From an uncultured Burkholderiales bacterium (GTDB lineage Bacteria > Bacteroidota > Bacteroidia > UBA8524), in assembly GCA_964584305.1 (NCBI GenBank), contig CAZOZL010000004.1:258616-322615 (forward strand): a stretch of 64,000 nt of DNA, read 5' to 3'. Under the pieces are notes generated by a model. That model worked only from the letters and a program-made list of their open reading frames with translations. It had not been told where the DNA came from and did no database searches. Position numbers and translations under genes: made by a program. Of this stretch, positions 60,179-64,000 are shown in pieces; the first letter of the stretch is position 1, and every line of letters begins with the position of its first letter.

Positions 60179-62338
60179 TTACATTATTTTTCTCCATTTC
60201 AAACGTAGTGAGTTACCTATTACCACTATATCGCTAAATGCCATGCTAAGCGCACCCACCATAGGGCTTAAAAAACCCATTGCTGCCATAGGTATAGCTA
60301 CTACATTATAGGCTAATGCCCACAGTAGGTTTTGCTTAATGGTGCTGTATGTTTTTGTACCTATGTGGTAGGCGGCTATTAACTTATCCAGTTGGTTGCC
60401 TATCAATACTATATTGGCACTTTGGCGGGTAGCATCAGTAGCATTTGAAAGGCTTATGCCTATATCTGCTTGGGTTAGCGCGGGGGCATCGTTTATACCA
60501 TCGCCTACCATTGCTAATTTACCTTTTTTGCCTAACTCTTTCATTTTCGCTAATTTTTCTTCGGGTAGTTGACTGTGGTAAAACTCTGTAAGCCCTAAAC
60601 GCTCTGCAACAAAACGGCATTTCTTTTCATTATCACCACTAAGCATCAGGGTTTTAATGCCTTTACTATTCAAAAAATCAATAGTGGCTTTTGCTTCGGG
60701 GCGCACATGGTCTTCCACATCAAATGAGGCAACTACCATTTTGTTGTAGCTTAGGTATATATCGGCCTCTTGTTTTATTTCGCCTGTACTATCGCTTATA
60801 AATTCTCTATTCCCCAGCCTATATACAATGCCTGTGGCATCTTCTGCTATTAGCCCTTTCCCTTTCACTTCCTCTACTTTGCTAAAATTCATTTGCCCGT
60901 TCCAGTCTTTATACTCATCAACAATAGATTTTGCTATGGGGTGATTGCTTACTTGCTCCATACTATAAACTATGGCTTTTGCTATATCATCAGCATAGTT
61001 GTAGGTATTAAAATTTTTTACTCTAAATTTTCCAGTAGTAAGTGTTCCTGTTTTATCAAACACTACCGTTTTTAACTTGCCTAATTCCTCAATAGTACCT
61101 GCACCTTTTATTAATATCTGGTTTTTGGCGGCACGTCCCAGCCCCACCATTACTGCAGCAGGCGTAGCCAAACCCATTGCACAGGGGCAAGAAATTACCA
61201 AAACAGCAATTGCCCGCAATAGCGAGGCTGTTGTATCCACATTAAACACAAAATAAGAAAGCATAAAAGTGAGTAGTGCTAAACCAATTACCACTGGCAC
61301 AAAAACTAAACTAACTCTATCACTAAACTTTTGGATGGGAGGTTTATGGCTTTGTGCGTCTTTTACTGCCTGCGTAATTTTTGATAGCAAAGTATCCTTA
61401 CCCACAGCAGTAGCTTGGTAGTGTATTTTACCTTGATTTAGAACAGTGCCGCTTACTACGGTTTTGTCTTTTTCTTTAAAAACAGGCACACTCTCGCCAG
61501 TAATAGCGGCTTCATCAATTTCGGCATCCCCATTTATCACCACCCCGTCTACGGCAATACTATCACCAGTGGTGGCTTCTATTATATCGCCAACGTTTAT
61601 GTTTTTAAGGTCGGTAGTTTCTATTTTAGTCTCATTGGTAAGGGGGTTGTTTATTACTTTTTTTACTATTGATGGTTGTAGTTTGTTCAAATCTTCAATG
61701 GCAGTGGTAGTACGTTTAACGGCTCTTTTCTCAAACACATTACCTAATAGTACTAAAGTAATAATGGTAGCTGCGGTTTCAAAAAACAGGTATTCTTTTT
61801 GTTGTGGCAAGCCCGCAAACTCTATTGTACCCCAAATACTATATCCAAAGGCGGCTATCGAACCTAAGAAAATAAGAACATCCATATTGGGTGCACCTAC
61901 TCTGGTAGAGCGGTATGCACTTTTGCCAAAATGGGTTACCCCAATAAGCATTACCGGTAAGCATAGAACAAACTGTACCTCGGGCATATGTAACACGTGC
62001 CAAGGTATAAACATATGCAACGCCAGTGGAAGGGTGAAAATAAGGGAAACAAGAAATTTAAGCTCAAGACTTGAAAGCCCGAACATTCTTGATTTTTTTT
62101 TACTTTCGTTAGCTGTTTTATCTTTTATCACCTTATATCCCAATCCCTCTATTCCATCAATCAATTTATCAACTTCAACAGTATCGTTTTTAGAAAACTT
62201 AGCTTCGTTGGTAGCGTAATTTACCACAACATTTTGCGCTCCGTTACGCTCCAAAACTTTTTGCACACTTAGCGAACAACTGTTACAAGTCATCCCTTCA
62301 ATCTCTAATTCTATGGTTTGTACTTTATCGTTTTGCAT
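60179..62338 (-). CDS. Heavy-metal (copper) translocating P-type ATPase
   Basis: N-terminal HMA domain (GMTCNSCSLSV), transmembrane CPC motif (SCPCAMGLATP), DKTGTLT phosphorylation site, GDGINDAP hinge. Start taken at MQNDKVQTIELEIEG. Confidence 0.9.
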   Translation of the reverse strand: MQNDKVQTIELEIEGMTCNSCSLSVQKVLERNGAQNVVVNYATNEAKFSKNDTVEVDKLIDGIEGLGYKVIKDKTANESKKKSRMFGLSSLELKFLVSLIFTLPLALHMFIPWHVLHMPEVQFVLCLPVMLIGVTHFGKSAYRSTRVGAPNMDVLIFLGSIAAFGYSIWGTIEFAGLPQQKEYLFFETAATIITLVLLGNVFEKRAVKRTTTAIEDLNKLQPSIVKKVINNPLTNETKIETTDLKNINVGDIIEATTGDSIAVDGVVINGDAEIDEAAITGESVPVFKEKDKTVVSGTVLNQGKIHYQATAVGKDTLLSKITQAVKDAQSHKPPIQKFSDRVSLVFVPVVIGLALLTFMLSYFVFNVDTTASLLRAIAVLVISCPCAMGLATPAAVMVGLGRAAKNQILIKGAGTIEELGKLKTVVFDKTGTLTTGKFRVKNFNTYNYADDIAKAIVYSMEQVSNHPIAKSIVDEYKDWNGQMNFSKVEEVKGKGLIAEDATGIVYRLGNREFISDSTGEIKQEADIYLSYNKMVVASFDVEDHVRPEAKATIDFLNSKGIKTLMLSGDNEKKCRFVAERLGLTEFYHSQLPEEKLAKMKELGKKGKLAMVGDGINDAPALTQADIGISLSNATDATRQSANIVLIGNQLDKLIAAYHIGTKTYSTIKQNLLWALAYNVVAIPMAAMGFLSPMVGALSMAFSDIVVIGNSLRLKWRKIM

Positions 62339-62625
62339 GGTGCAAAAATATGCAAATTCCAAACCATAATTAGCGACTGTAAGCCCATACCTCACTCTTT
62401 ATTTTTTATTACATCATATTTATGTATTTTAAAATCAGAATATTATAAAGCTAATTTAAAAAGAAATTGTATGTAGCTAATACTATGCTAAACGAAGCAC
62501 CTAATAGTACTAATATCCATATTATTTTGCACTTTCTATTGCTGTAAGAAGGGAAAATTTAGGAGCAATACCAAAAGATAAATGCAGGTGTTATAAAAAA
62601 ACGAAAAATGTTTACGTAGTAAAAT

Positions 62626-63123
62626 TTAAAAGCGGGTCATCTCTTTTATCAACCCTTCGTGCTGCGGGTATTTTTTTGATAAGGTTTTATATTCAGCTAG
62701 TTCAAAATCTTCAAAATCAAATCCTGGGGCTACCGTGCAACCTACAAGGGCATACCCGTTTTCATCTTCACAGCGTGAGCCAAACCAACTGCCTGCTTTT
62801 ATAGTTGTTTGAAAGGTTTCCCCTTTCTCAATGTCTCGTCCCAGTTTATGTGTGATAAGACTACCGTTTTTTTCAATTTCGTAAACTGTGAGCGAAGTAC
62901 CTGCATAAAAATGCCATCCCTCATCAGAAGCTATACGATGAAACGCAGAGAAATCACCACTCTTTAGCAAAAAATAAATGGCTGTATAGGCATTTCGTTC
63001 TCCTTTAAAAGTATCGGGCAAGTTTTTAAGCAATAATGGCGAACGATATATTTCCCTGAATGCCCCACCTTCAATATGATTTTCTAAGCCTAATTTCTCT
63101 ACCCAATAATCTGCAGTTTGCAT
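62626..63123 (-). CDS. Cupin domain protein (DUF985 / YML079-like)
   Basis: 165 aa, cupin beta-barrel pattern (HRIASDEGWHFYAG...). Confidence 0.6.
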   Translation of the reverse strand: MQTADYWVEKLGLENHIEGGAFREIYRSPLLLKNLPDTFKGERNAYTAIYFLLKSGDFSAFHRIASDEGWHFYAGTSLTVYEIEKNGSLITHKLGRDIEKGETFQTTIKAGSWFGSRCEDENGYALVGCTVAPGFDFEDFELAEYKTLSKKYPQHEGLIKEMTRF

Positions 63124-63143
63124 ACTGCAAATATGCTACGAAA

Positions 63144-64000
63144 TCATAGGTCTTTTCGCATTATTTTCTCTGTTCTTTGTAGCACATTCATTTGTGGTGG
63201 GGCTTTACAATCTTCAAAACCCAATTTATAATAAAGCTGGTGTGCCTGTGGCATGGTCCGTGTGGTTTGTAGGTATAGCTGTTTTGCTTTATTCTCCACA
63301 CATCTGTTTATACATCTATCTATCAGCTTAGTTGCTATACCCAGTTTCCTGTAGTTAGGGTTCACAAATAGTTTTGCAAACTCAAATTGCTCTTCATCCA
63401 ATCTTTTCAGAGCCACACAACCTACCACATCATTTTTATACAAGGCAAAAAATACAAAACCTCCTGTGGCTAAATAGGCTTTATCAGGATTATGTAAGGT
63501 ATATTTATCTTCTTTTTCTAATTCACCCCTCAGTACTTCTAATAACCAATTTCCTGCTAAGTTGTAAAACCATTTTTTTAAACTTGTTTTATAGTCAACA
63601 ACAGATACAAAATCAGTGTCAACTGCTTTAATTCTCTTATTAATTGGGAGTTGATTTATTTCTAAATCAATTCTGTTTAGTATATTTATTAAATTAGGAT
63701 GCCCAGCGTCAAAAACATTTTGCAATACTTTTGAAAACTTGCTCCAAAGCGGTATTAATTTTTTCAGAAGACTTTTCCCTTTTTTTGATAGCTCAACTAT
63801 TTTAGACCTTTTATCTGATGGATTGACTGAAATATTTACCAAGCCAGCATTTTGAAGTTCATGTAAAACATTTTTTACTGTAATGTGAGAAAAATCAATT
63901 TGTCGTGCTATCTCTAAAACTGTTATATCTTTTTTGGCTATTGATAAAACATAAAATACTGAAAACCAACTTGCCTTAAATTCTATATTGGCTTCTTTAT
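63144..64000 (-). CDS. Bifunctional MarR-family HTH regulator / GNAT N-acetyltransferase fusion (5' end beyond window)
   Basis: The C-terminal GNAT core (GCVALKRLDEEQFEFAKLFVNPNYRKLGIATKLIDRCI). The reading frame stays open upstream of the track's Met to the window edge, encoding a MarR winged helix (DITVLEIARQIDFSHITVKNVLHELQNAGLVNISVNPSDKRSKIVELSKKG). Confidence 0.7.
   Translation of the reverse strand, partial: KEANIEFKASWFSVFYVLSIAKKDITVLEIARQIDFSHITVKNVLHELQNAGLVNISVNPSDKRSKIVELSKKGKSLLKKLIPLWSKFSKVLQNVFDAGHPNLINILNRIDLEINQLPINKRIKAVDTDFVSVVDYKTSLKKWFYNLAGNWLLEVLRGELEKEDKYTLHNPDKAYLATGGFVFFALYKNDVVGCVALKRLDEEQFEFAKLFVNPNYRKLGIATKLIDRCINRCVENKAKQLYLQTTRTMPQAHQLYYKLGFEDCKAPPQMNVLQRTEKIMRKDL

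Overview
This window reads as an AT-rich chromosomal stretch from a Bacteroidetes-type genome (Flavobacteriia/Sphingobacteriia-like). It is mostly housekeeping and envelope genes, with no transposase, integrase or CRISPR array. Recognisable genes are an ALDH7-type aminoadipate-semialdehyde dehydrogenase, a polysaccharide-initiation trio (Gfo/Idh/MocA oxidoreductase, lipoprotein, WbaP-like sugar transferase), pcm, an ECF sigma factor with its anti-sigma partner and lipoproteins, RidA, a 1816-aa thioester alpha-2-macroglobulin lipoprotein flanked by outer-membrane beta-barrel genes, apaG, recF with DUF721, a TonB-dependent receptor, an L,D-transpeptidase, DUF1015, a lolD-like ABC ATPase, sucC, an ACMSD-like amidohydrolase, gcvP, trmB, a hexapeptide acetyltransferase, an LruC-domain lipoprotein with an XRE regulator, fumC, a pyrR-like gene, an NSS transporter, the thrS-infC-rpmI-rplT operon, an iodotyrosine-deiodinase-like nitroreductase, a crotonase, a mannose-1-P guanylyltransferase, recQ, tRNA-Gln(UUG), rlmH, a copper P-type ATPase, a cupin and a MarR-GNAT fusion that runs off the window end. 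Observations worth a second look are: (1) a strongly AT-rich 310-aa membrane and coiled-coil ORFan inserted between lolD and DUF1015, a candidate solitary Abi-like defence gene; (2) a 149-bp near-perfect tandem repeat (2.2 copies) with internal hairpins at 54810-55133; (3) a dispersed family of intergenic repeats sharing GCAATGACGATA/GTCATTGCGAG and GGCACGGGCAG cores at about 36310-36500, 48040-48150, 32897 and 60027; (4) a recurring 22-30 bp hairpin element at 2736-2775, 32862-32884 and 45420-45460; (5) a multiply frameshifted outer-membrane protein pseudogene with an inverted repeat at the first frame break; (6) a Gly/Asn-rich 67-aa lipoprotein at the end of the ECF sigma cluster; (7) the non-AUG start of infC and a 37-aa hydrophobic ORF after the NSS transporter, both missed by the ORF track.
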